Shown here piece after piece: positions 12,158-24,000 of a stretch of 64,000 nucleotides of DNA. A program made the position numbers and the translations under genes. Numbering within the stretch: position 1 is the stretch's first letter; every line of letters starts with the position of its first letter. Source of the stretch: Lingula anatina (lineage: Eukaryota; Animalia; Brachiopoda); the NCBI GenBank assembly GCA_051362555.1, contig CM120648.1, positions 8,366,587 through 8,430,586 of the forward strand, given 5' to 3'. The notes under the pieces were generated by a model. The model did no database searches. It had not been told where the DNA came from and saw only the letters and a program-made list of their open reading frames with translations.

Positions 12158-14621
12158 CTATGGTGACGCCAGACTGGCAGGTGTGTGGTAAATTTCCTCG
12201 GATGTGTCAGGCGTTTCCTCAAACATGGTTCCGCTGACATCACTAACTCGACAGCGTCTCCTAGAGAACACAAGCACCATAAGTAACAAGAGTTAAAACA
12301 GTGACTTCAACCTAACAGCTGCTTTGCTTAACGGAAGGTTTATTTCTGTGCTTTGATTTGAACCCAAATTTATAAAATCAAATTTTATAAGCTGATGTAC
12401 GGATGTATTTCAGTCCCCTTGTCTCATTTAGATCTGCCGGTCTTACAATCTATACCATTAAGTCACACAGTGCTGGGTATATCAATTAAACCAAATCGTA
12501 AAATGGATGAAACTGATGTAACCCAAAGCCTAGATTAAATTTACCATGCAATGGCCGTACGTTGCTCATATAGGCCTACTGCTCGTAATTCCTTTTTTTT
12601 TTCGCGCACGCAGACAATGGCCGTGCGAAATCGCACGGTTTCATGGCCTCCATAATCTCTACGATTTTGTCAAGCTGAAACTTTTAACAAATTAAAAGCA
12701 CTATTTAAACGGTTTACAACTATAATGTATTTATTTGCATATAACAACACATGAGATTGGAGGTGTGACAACCTGTTTTGGTCAAGAGTATATTTCTTAC
12801 CATTGAAAAGTCTTGAAAGGATAGCTGGACAGGCTGAAACTAATGGACGAGTTCCTCTGTTGGTCTAGGTTGTTCTTAGGGGTAACAACAGCTGGTAATA
12901 TGTCGTATATTGGGGTCTTTTTTACAGAAGGCCGTGTCTCTCCTCCAGAGCTATTCCTGGGCACGAATCATAGAAAAATAAGTCTCAATTTCATGGCACT
13001 TCACTGATATGTACTGAACTTATGTAGCAAAGGAATTAGATAGCTACACGCAGGACCTACAATTGTAGCTAATTCCTTGGTTTTGAGCAAGACGGTGATA
13101 TATTGAGGTAATATTGAGATAAAAGTGTCATTTTGTAATTTATCTCTCTGTCTCTCATACACACACGCAGACACACAAACACACACACAGCTTCTTGTGT
13201 TTTTTATGGTGCTTCACGCAACGATGCCTGTCTGAGTTAATAAGAAATTAACGATTTACCTTTTTGAAAGCCGACAACTGATCAACAGGACAACCCATAC
13301 AACTACGATGACCACCAGAGCGGAAAGTATCCCAACACTTAGCCCTGAATTCAGAACATATACCAGTGTTAAGAACGTGTGTGTGTGTGCATAAATGTTT
13401 GCGTGTGCACCTCTACACGTAGCAATAGGATACTACTAAGTAAGCGGGTTTATAATGTGGTCGCCATCAGTGAATTTTATATCTATAATACTTTTTTGAT
13501 GTCCGATGATATTTTCTCACTTTCTTAAAAATACATTTGAAGTCACATTTTTAGCACCAAAGCCGACCAATAACCACCATATAGTTTCATTAACCGGTAG
13601 TATATCTTTGAAAAATGCATCGTTTCATTTTACCCTCAAAATGATATTTGAACGGATTTTTTTCTGCTTGCTTTCTGTGCTGTATATAAACTGGGCAGAT
13701 ACGTAGGCCTACATGTAATAATTCACAGTTACTCGATATATTTGGACAAATGAGGAATATTGGAAATGTTGCTTCCGTTGGTTATAAGATTGCCCTTTTA
13801 GTACGTATCAAGGCACGGACGTGTCTGTTATAAAAACCAGGCTTAAAAGTTTGTTAATTGGCTAAACCTTGCCCACAATTTCCATAACCAGTTTTAAACA
13901 ATGAGTAATGGAATATGTTGCTTTTGTCGCTAATGAGAAAATTAATTTTGTTCTACATTATTTTCAACTGTGATAAAAAACAGGTACACAGTGCACTGTT
14001 GCTCAAAATGGTTCCCCCATTCTCTAGAATTTGGTTTTTTTAAAATAATGTTATAGGTTTTAAAGTTATATCTATAGAATATTTCATATCTATAATGCTT
14101 TTTGATGTCTGATTTTATAGATGATATTTTTTCACTTTCTTAAAGATACATTTTAAGTCAAATTTTTTACCACGAAAGCCGACCATTAACCACCATATAA
14201 TTTCAAATACCGGTAGTATAATTTTGAGAAATACCAACAGACATCGTTTCATTTTACCCAAAAATTGATATTCAAACGAATTTTTTTCTGCTTGTTTGCT
14301 GTGATGTATATAAACTGGGCAGATACATGTAGGCCTAAGTAGGGCAGATAAGTAGGTCAAAGTTACGACCAAAATTTTGATGAAGGTGCAGCTAAAACCT
14401 TTTCCATGGCTGAACGAATGATTAATTCGGTTTATTTCTTGGCATGCCGACTTCATTTTCTTCCAATACGTGCTGTTGTGCTAATGCTTATTATCATTAT
14501 TATGGAAGGATAAACATAGCTTCACTAACATGAATCAATAAAAAAGACAATATTTAATCACCCAGTGAAAGGTATGTATACATTATCGGCAGTTATATTC
14601 CTACTCACTCTCATCAATCAT
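12158..14621 (-). CDS. Small type III single-pass membrane protein with Tyr motifs (transmembrane adaptor-like), ~118 aa; paralogue of 35609-38595
   Basis: Exons 14621-14609 (MIDE), 13344-13260 (85-nt TM exon RLSVGILSALVVIVVVWVVLLISCRLSKR), 12956-12801 (open; TPIYDIL) and 12260-12158 (EEIYHTP, TAG) are all GT-AG and phase-compatible (1,2,2). The start exon is the least certain. Confidence 0.68.
13480..14340. repeat. Local ~230-bp direct duplication; the intervening ~13730-14010 segment resembles ~11110-11410
   Basis: 13480-13712 vs 14085-14337 share atatctataat..cttttt gatgtc..cactttcttaaa..tatataaactgggcagatac. Confidence 0.7.
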
Positions 14622-17391
14622 CTTGTTAAATATTTCCTCACGTATTCCGTCCCTTGCAATGATCTTTTATTTTCAAATTTACTCCTATATATCTACTGGT
14701 TCCATCGCTGATTACATGGTTGATGTTTCTGCACGATCGTTCTAATGACGGGTATTAGAAAAGTCTGCACACGAAGCACAGAAATAACGCACTCTTTGAT
14801 ATGTTGGCCTATTATTCATATGTCATATGACTCCATTTTATTAATTGGTCACTACTTCCCAAATGATAAGTGGGTTAGAGAGTAAATCGTTTAATAAGAT
14901 AGATAAGGTTTGTGAAATATTTTTGTTTTCCTTCATCGATATCATATGGCCCGCTCTTTGCATTAAGTAGTAACGTTAAAGCTATACTAACATTGTTTCG
15001 CGGGAAAAAAGAGGAAAAGAGCCAAAATGCCTGCTACGGAATATTTCTATTGCACTCCGTAGAAAAAATGTAACATAACTGTTGCATGGCTTTAAAACTG
15101 ACGTCTTGACTTTGGAGAGGGTGGGCGGGGGAGAGGCCGTGGCTGTGTAACATGTACAAAAGAGTAAATCATTTGTCAGTACGATGGTCACTTTGCTTCT
15201 AATATGATTGCAAACAATAATTTCACTGAAGCGGATGATTAACTAGTCCAATTTATACCCGGAATCTCGACCGTGTTGAAACTGGCAGGTGTATTTGTTT
15301 CTCATTTCCACGTTGCAAACGTGAAATGCTCTGTCAATATCTTTTCGCACACACACAAAAATAAAATTTTCAACTGAGGCTTATTCAAGGTTCCTTCAAA
15401 ATAAAATCGTGTCTATATCATAGGCCGTTATCACAGTTGCGATAACACGATATTTGGGATAATACTAATACTGAATGTTGTGCTCAATCAACAAATAAGG
15501 TGACACTTCAGATAATACGACGCAATTCATGGATAACGCACAAGTATCTGTAGATAGCCCTGCTCATAGGTTAAAGGGATAACAACTCTTCGTATGAGAT
15601 CCATATTTCATAATAACAACATTATAAATAATTCATTAAGTATAATCATTCCTATTTTACCCCAAAACGGCGGTTATAGCAATCTGGAATCTGTGCTTGC
15701 CATCGGACCACGTGACCTCCATAGATGACTATCATCCGTAATAATCTCTTAAGAAATTATTACAAAAACAAACTTTTTTTTAGAAAAAAACAGGGATTAA
15801 CTTTGAATGTCGGAACAAATTCATTATACATGGCAAGTATGGGGAATTTGTCGTTAACCCCAGGAGAATCCATTTTGGCCAAAATGAACAGTTGTTATCC
15901 CTTTAATCTTAATTGCTCTGTAGCCAGAGCCCCGTGTTGTAGCTGTTATTAAACTGGACAAAGGACTCCGTCCAATTTTGTTTACGTAACAGTCAGGACG
16001 AACGTCATAAAAATGCAATACGTCTTCCTTCACTATCAGTTCGTTCAGCGGCGTTGAACCTGCAAACACGCTGCAAACACGCTTCGTTTACGTCTAATAA
16101 AGCGCGTGACGGTAGATCAGGGCATTGTCTCAATATTTAAGGGAGATAAACACGTTTAAATGGCCCAAACTGATCAAAATCGCCTTTCCCCATTTCTTCG
16201 TAACGATATATTTATCTGATAATAATAATAATAGTAAAAAGGCTTAGTGGCTCTTTCCATTTCTTTTTAAAGAATACAATAGTTATCTACTGATAATTAT
16301 CCAGTCGTAGTGCAATAAAGGTAAACACTTTTGAAGCGAAAGTTTCCTTTTTCATGTTTTGTTCACCACCCCAAGTGCTTCTGCTTTTAAGGTCTGTCCC
16401 CGTTTATCGTCAATCTATGTGAATATTTGTGAATTGGTGTACTTGGAAGATGTTGCTCGGTTTTCACGTTATTTTGAAAGTTGTTTCGATAGTTAAACAT
16501 AATCTTTCATATTTTAAATTATGTTTATTTATTTTTACTAACGAGGGCCACGAGAAAGATAAATTATATATTTACCATGTTTTTTTTCCCGAAAAATAAA
16601 TAGATTAATTAACACCGTAAAGGAGTCAGATATCACCATGAAAATTGACATATTGTGTAAAATGCAATCCGGCGCCAGGGTTTGTCTACTTGTTTTGTTG
16701 ATGATATATGATGTTCAATCAAATAAAGGCCGCAGATCGCCCTTTTACTGATAAAATTAGAAGTTAGCCGTCCAAGGAGACATCCTAGCGCTAGATTGTA
16801 GCACTTATTGCTGTGAATAAATAGGCTTTAAAACGCTGTTGATAGCTGTTCGTTGAAGGAGATCTGTTAGAAATCGAAAACAATTTTCAACTTTCAGGAA
16901 AACGGTGCTGTTTCGTCACTCGAATTAACGAAATCTGATTGGGACAGTAAATCACTGTTTGTAGCAGGTTATATAAAATAAAATAAAAGTCATATGCGTG
17001 TTTAAATGTTTTTCATGAAGTAGGCATCAAGTTTGCAAGAAACTTACAGTAATTCATTGACAAAAAATAATTCTAAGCGTGAGAAAATAGCACCACCCAC
17101 CCACAGATACACGGGTTCTTTTACTGTTGTTCCCTTATATAAAACATGCACGCTTAGCGGCTAATTACTGCTGCATGTAAAGTGCATTTATAATAAACCC
17201 GTTAAATCAAAGTCAATGTAAAAAAAAAATTAAACCACCAAATTTACAGAGAATATTTTGTATGGAAGTTTTATAGTGGTACTAAATAATTCCTTTCCCT
17301 TTTTATCAAATATAATGATAACTTTACAAGACATATATAAAGTGGTTTATGAAGAGTCATTTTCCTGAGTAGTGATTATAATTATGTGACG

Positions 17392-18076
17392 TTAATAGTC
17401 GTTGGTTGTTTCGTACGTGTAAGGCAGATCTTCATAGTCCGGAAGCACTGACAGCGCATGGGAAACGTGAATGTTACCAGAAGCAGTGGGTCGATAGAGA
17501 AGCTGTCTCATATCCCCGACAGATCTTTCAGGAGGTTGCTCTGGTGCGCCATATCCTGCATATGAATTGGTGTAGAAAGGTCGGTCGTGGAAATTTGTTG
17601 GGATAGGCATAGCCATTTCTCGAACTGGCATTCCGTACATATCTCTTGCGGTTTGGGGCATACCGTGATTCGAAGTGCCATGGACGTATTCAGTGACAAT
17701 CACAGAGCCTCGATCATTAAGGGTCTTTTTGTTGTGCCCCCCTGACGCGGAACTGGTTCCGTCCTTGTATGCCTCAGTACTGACAAGTTTCTGCCTCTTT
17801 TTAACAAAACAGATGGCAACGATTAACAAGATGATGATTAAGACCATAACACCAACACCACTAACAAGTGCGATCACTATGGTTTTCCACTGCTGTACAT
17901 CCGTCTCGCAATGGGTGCCCCCAAAATTGACCTTGCACGTGCAAACTGGTTCGCCATCTTGGATCTCGTTGCAGACACCGCCATTTTGGCAGTAAGAGTC
18001 GTCACAGACTCGCCCACATGATCGACCTGGCTTTATGGTAGGCAGGGCGGAGTTATCTCGGTAGTTTCCTCTACAC
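17392..18076 (-). CDS. Last exon of the protease-mucin gene: EGF, TM helix, Tyr-rich cytoplasmic tail
   Basis: CDDSYCQNGGVC..CTCKVNFGGTHCE; TM IVIALVSGVGVMVLIIILLIVAICFV followed by KKRQK. Confidence 0.9.
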
Positions 18077-21000
18077 CTGTCAAAATTAAGGTGACAATAA
18101 TGTATTTTCATCAAAAAGAAAAGAAGTAAAGGGGCCCAACGCCCGGTTCTACTAGATAACCATGGTGGATATACAAAATGCCAGATGAGGAAGATTACGT
18201 AGGCCCCCTATATGACTAAGGAAGCGTTCGGATAAAACCATCGCACTAAGTGGATCGATCCAACTCTCCATAAGTGCAAACACTATTTCGGCTTGATTGT
18301 CTGACACGCCTCCTCGAGTTGCTATGGGGTAATCAACTTGTTGATTTCCTCCTCAAGGAGGCGTGTCAGACAATTACGCTGACAGCACTGAATGCAATTT
18401 AGCAACAATCCCCCACAAAGTAAGATGGATTCAGCCAGTACGATGTTTGAGTATTATAGAACTTCGCCACAGGTAAATATCTGGTGCTGTTTCCCTGGTA
18501 TTAATAATAAAGAATTCGATTTCAAACAAAGAGATTTGGTAAGACAAAAGAGTAAGTATGAAATAAATCCAAGTGGAATGTCATGACAGAAACGAGTAAA
18601 GCATGGAAGGTGAAATTTCACAGGTTTTTGTCTCATTCATATCTCCATTAATCCGAAAACTAAAATTAAAGTACTTCTTCAAGAAACAGTAAGTTATCAA
18701 ACAACATAAATGCATAATTTAAGTTACGCACTTGCATGTATACCCTCCTTCCTGGTTTACACATATGGCACTGGGGGAGCAGTCATTTGTATCAGGGTTT
18801 GCACATTCGTCTGCATCAGTGACACTTAGCGAAGTGACGTTTGAATCGGAGTTATTTAATAACTCCATCCTCAGCTCATCCTGGAGCTGTGTGGTATTGT
18901 ATGTCACAGGCTGCTGAAGATCGTGTTCATAGCCAAGTTCAGTCTCTGCTATAATGCTTCCACTCCTGCATCTCCTAACCCTACAGTGAAATCCGATCCG
19001 TCGTCCTCTACGTAGCAATCTACATACCATCACCTCAACCAGTTTGAATCTGGAACTGCTTGGGTCATCCAAGTCAGGTGTGTACTGCAGCTTAAACACA
19101 ATTATAATCCGGAACCAAATGAAGATAAGGAATCTGGGTGCCATGGTCGTGGTTGTTGAAATCGTGGAAGTACTCGGGCTCGTTGATGATGTGCTGGAAA
19201 CAGAAGTGGTATGGAGGTTGTCGGTGGTTAATATTTCCTTTGTGGAGGCCGGATTTGGTGAAGTTGTCATATATTCGGGTATTGTTGTCTCACCACTTGT
19301 GGTGTATTTTGTAATAGTTGTTGTTACTGTTGTTGTTGAGGGTTCAGCTACTGTTGTGGATTCAGTCACCAAAGTTGTTGCAGGTTCATTTGTTGTCACT
19401 GATTCAGTTGTTGACATTGTTGTTGTTTCTGTTGTTGTTGTGGGTTCAGCTACTGTTGTGGATTCAGTCTCTGATGATGTTGCAGGTTCATTTGTTGTCA
19501 CTGACTCAGTTGTTGACATTGTTGTTGTTTCTGTTGTTGTTGTGGGTTCAGCTACTGTTGTGGATTGGGTCACTGAAGTTGTTGCTGGTTCATCTGTTGT
19601 CACTGATTCAGTTGTTGACATTGTTGATGTTTTTGTTGTTGTGGGTTCAACAACTGAAGTTGTTGTGAGTTCACTTGTTGTCACTGATTCAGTTGTTGAA
19701 GTAGGTGGTATTTCTGTTATTGTTGTGGTTTCAGCTACTGTTGTGGATTCAGTAACTGAAGTTGTTGCAGGTTCATTTCTTGTCACTGATTCAGATGTTG
19801 ACATTAATGTGGTTTCTGTTGTTGTTGTCGGTTCAGCTACTGTTGTGGATTCAACAACGGAAGTTGTTGTGGGTTCACTTTTTGTCACCAATTCAGGTGT
19901 TGAAGTTGGTGGTATTTCTGTCGTTGTTGTGGATTCAGCTACTGTTGTGGATTCAGTCACTGAAGTTGTTGCAGGTTCATCTGTTGTCACTGACTCAGTT
20001 GTTGCTGTTGTTGTTGTAGGTTTATCTTCTGTTGTGGATTCAGCCACTGAAGTCGTTGCAGGTTCATTTGTTGTCACTGATTCAGTTGTTGACATTGTTG
20101 TTGTGGGTTCAGCTACTGTTGTGGATTCAGTCACTGAAGTTGTTGCAGGTTCATTTGTTGTCACTGATTCAGATGTTGACATTGTTGTTGTAGATTCAGC
20201 TACTGTTGTGGATTCAGTCACTGAAGTTGTTTCCGGTTTATTTGTTGTCACTGATTCTGTTATTGACATTGTTGTTGTTTCTGTTGTTGTTGTGGGTTCA
20301 GCTACTGTTGTGGATTCAGTCACCGAAGTTGTTGTAGGTTCATTTGTTGTCCATGATTCAGTTGTTGACATTGTTGTTGGTTCTGTTGTTGTTGTGGATT
20401 CAGCTTCTGTTGTGGATTCAGTCACCGAAGTTGTTTCCGGTTTATTTGTTGTCACTGATTCTGTTATTGACATTGTTGTTGTTTCTGTTGTTGTTGTGGG
20501 TTCAGCCACTGTTGTGGATTCAGTCACCGAAGTTGTTGTAGGTTCATTTGTTGTCCATGATTCAGTTGTTGACATTGTTGTTGTTTCTGTTGTTGTTGTG
20601 GGTTCAGCTACTGTTGTGGATTCAGTCACCGAAGTTGTTTCCGGTTTATTTGTTGTCACTGATTCAGTTGTTGACATTGATGTTGATTCTGTTGTTGTGG
20701 GTTCAGCTACTGTTGTGGATTCAGTCACCGAAGTTGTTGCAGGTTCATTTGTTGTCACTGATTCAGTTGTTGATATTGTTGTTGTTTCTGTTGTTGTTGT
20801 AGGTTCAGCTACCGTTGTGGATTCAGTCACCGAAGTTGTTGTGGGTTCATTTGTTGTCACTGATTCAGTTATTGACATTGTTGTTGTTTCTGTTGTTGTT
20901 GTAGATTCAGCTACTGTTGTGGATTCAGTCACCAAAGTTGTTGCAGGTTCATTTGTTGTCACTGATTCAGTTGTTGATATTGTTGTTGTTTCTGTTGTTG

Positions 21001-24000
21001 TTGTAGGTTCAGCTACCGTTGTGGATTCAGTCACCGAAGTTGTTGTGGGTTCAGTTTCTGTTGTGGATTGGGTCACTGAAGTTGTTGCAGGTTCATCTGT
21101 TGTCACAGATTCAGTTGTTGACATTGTTGTTGTTTCTGTTGTTGTTGTTGTCGGTTCAGCTACTGTTGTGGATTCAGTCACCGAAGTTGTTGCAGGTTCA
21201 TTTGTTGTCACTGATTCAGTTGTTGATATTGTTGTTGTTTCTGTTGTTGTTGTAGGTTCAGCTACCGTTGTGGATTCAGTCACCGAAGTTGTTGTGGGTT
21301 CAGTTTCTGTTGTGGATTGGGTCACTGAAGTTGTTGCAGGTTCATCTGTTGTCACAGATTCAGTTGTTGACATTGTTGTTGTTTCTGTTGTTGTTGTTGT
21401 CGGTTCAGCTACTGTTGTGGATTCAGTCACCGAAGGTGTTGCAGGTTCATTTGTTGTCACTGATTCAGTTGTTGATATTGTTGTTGTTTCTGTTGTTGTT
21501 GTAGGTTCAGCTACCGTTGTGGATTCAGTCACCGAAGTTGTTGTGGGTTCAGTTTCTGTTGTGGATTGGGTCACTGAAGTTGTTGCAGGTTCATCTGTTG
21601 TCACAGATTCAGTTGTTGACATTAATGTTGTTTCTGTTGTTGTTGTGGGTTCAGCTACTGTTGTGGATTCAGTCACTAAAGTTGTTGCCGGTTCATTTGT
21701 TGTCACTGATGCAGTTGTTGTTTCTGTTGTTGTTGGGGATTCAGGAGCTGTTGTGGATTCCGTCACTGAAGTTGTTGTAGGCTCAGTCACCGTTGTTACC
21801 ACTCTTGTTGTTGCGGACACAGTTGTAGGTCTTTCTGCAAGATGATGACATTAGCGTAGAGCATATGTAATAGAAAACTGAACATGATGCGTTTGACACG
21901 ATTAAAAAAGGGGAAACCTTTAGCGTGTTCACGCGTGCAGCTTTTCTAAATACATGCCACAAAAGACTACCTGCATGAGAACGCAGAAACAACGTTTCAA
22001 CGACAATTTAATGATCCCATTTAGCACTCCAAAGCCCTGCCAGCGATTCTTCTTTAAAACCTTAGTTCAGATTTTATCGTTGATAAAGCAAAAACATGCC
22101 TTATTTAATGAAAATCTGTTATTTGGGGCTCATAGTTCATAAACATATAAACTAAAATGACGGCACGACATTGAAGCCCATACACTTGAAGTCCATTACG
22201 CAAATTTGTGTGATAGAATCTTGTTCAGGGATGAAGTAATATCCCACACCGATTGCTATCTCACCTCAACATAGAAATGTGTTAAGTTGATGATAAACGC
22301 TTTGAGTTGCCTTTGCTTATATATATATAGCAATGAAGAACATAAACGCCGATATTTTATATTCTCGAAGGAATTCTTATTGTTTTTAAACCGGTAGATT
22401 CATTATTGAATAATCAGACGAAGGCAAAAATACTCATTTTCGGTACCTGGGTGATAATTAACCCTTACAATACCCTTAAGCTTATCATTGGAGTAACTAT
22501 TGAACAGCTTGAGGTCTTCAGAGGGTGAGTGCAAAAACCAAACATTGGACTGTATAAATGAAATGTTATAGAGCATAGAAAACGGCTTACTGGGGGTCCG
22601 AATAAATTTATCACATGATCATTTTAAATTTTACCCCCAGAGGGTGAGTGCAAAAACCAAACATTGGACTGTATAAATGAAATGTTATAGAGCATAGAAA
22701 ACGGCTTACTGGGGGTCCGAATAAATTTATCACATGATCATTTTAAATTTTACCCCCAGAGGGTGAGTGCAAAAACCAAACATTGGACTGTATAAATGAA
22801 ATGTTATAGAGCATAGAAAACGGCTTACTGGGGGTCCGAATAAATTTATCACATGATCATTTTAAATTTTACCCCCAGAGGGTGAGTGCAAAAACCAAAC
22901 ATTGGACTGTATAAATGAAATGTTACAGAGCATAGAAAACGGCTTACTGGGGGTCCGAATAAATTTATCACATGATCATTTTAAATTTTACCCCCAGAGG
23001 GTGAGTGCAAAAACCAAACATTGGACTGTATAAATGAAATGTTATAGAGCATAGAAAACGGCTTACTGGGGGTCCGAATAAATTTATCACATGATCATTC
23101 TAAATTTTACCCCCAGAGGGTGAGTGCAAAAACCAAACATTGGACTGTATACCGGTAAATCAAATACTATAGAGCATAGAAAAAGGGCTTATTGAGGATC
23201 CGAATAAACTGATCACATAATCATATTTGTTTTTTTTTTACCTCCACATGTTGCACAGCATCTCTCTTGTACTGTGGTCCCGTCAGAGAAAGTCCCTCTA
23301 CACTGAGTTGATTGGTCGGTGATCGTAGCACAATATGAAAAGTGGTCCCCGTATTCGCATCCTGAAAAATAGATGGTTTGGTTGATTGTTTGTCTTGTTA
23401 CACGACCGACTGGTTGATGGGCTGGTTGATTGATTCAATGAATCACTTTTTCCTGCTTTCTGAGAGCATAAAACAAAGAGCAGATAAACATACCAATTCA
23501 CCGAAAACGCGCTCTCTAAACGCAGACAAAATTTTAGACCCAATAGTAATAATTTATTCTTTGAATATCATTTCAGAAATCTGAACCCCCCCCCCCCCAA
23601 AAAAAAAAATATTACCAATCCATGTGGGATCATATGCTTCCAAGCACAATAGGCAACAAAGATTTCTGAAGTAGTCCGTGTAACAGCCCCTTGTATCATT
23701 GTTTGACCTGTAAGTTTGGCAGGTCGCCTGACTGTTACTGTACACCTGGCTTAAACTGTCCCCATGCGTGCAGTTGTCTGTAATATAAGAGACCATTGCC
23801 AGAGACTATGGAACTAACTCTGGATCAAATCACCTCCAAGGGGATTCTCACTTAATTGCTATTCACGTAAGTGGATTAGATGTCTGTCACACCAACTGAA
23901 GCTGATAGGGGGTGATTAACTATCGTTTAGCAGCTACAGTAGGCGTCCCAGATATCTAAGCCACTTAAGCTGAAACCAATTTAGCGAGAAACCGCGTGGA

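Noticed and set aside
19044-21845. 933-aa Val-rich + strand ORF and the nested Leu-rich ORFs
   Set aside because: Antisense shadows of the Thr-codon mucin repeat; the - strand frame carries SEA, EGF and the splice sites.
22519-23240. CRISPR-like array
   Set aside because: Whole 119-bp units are identical with no unique spacers; eukaryotic intron, no cas genes.
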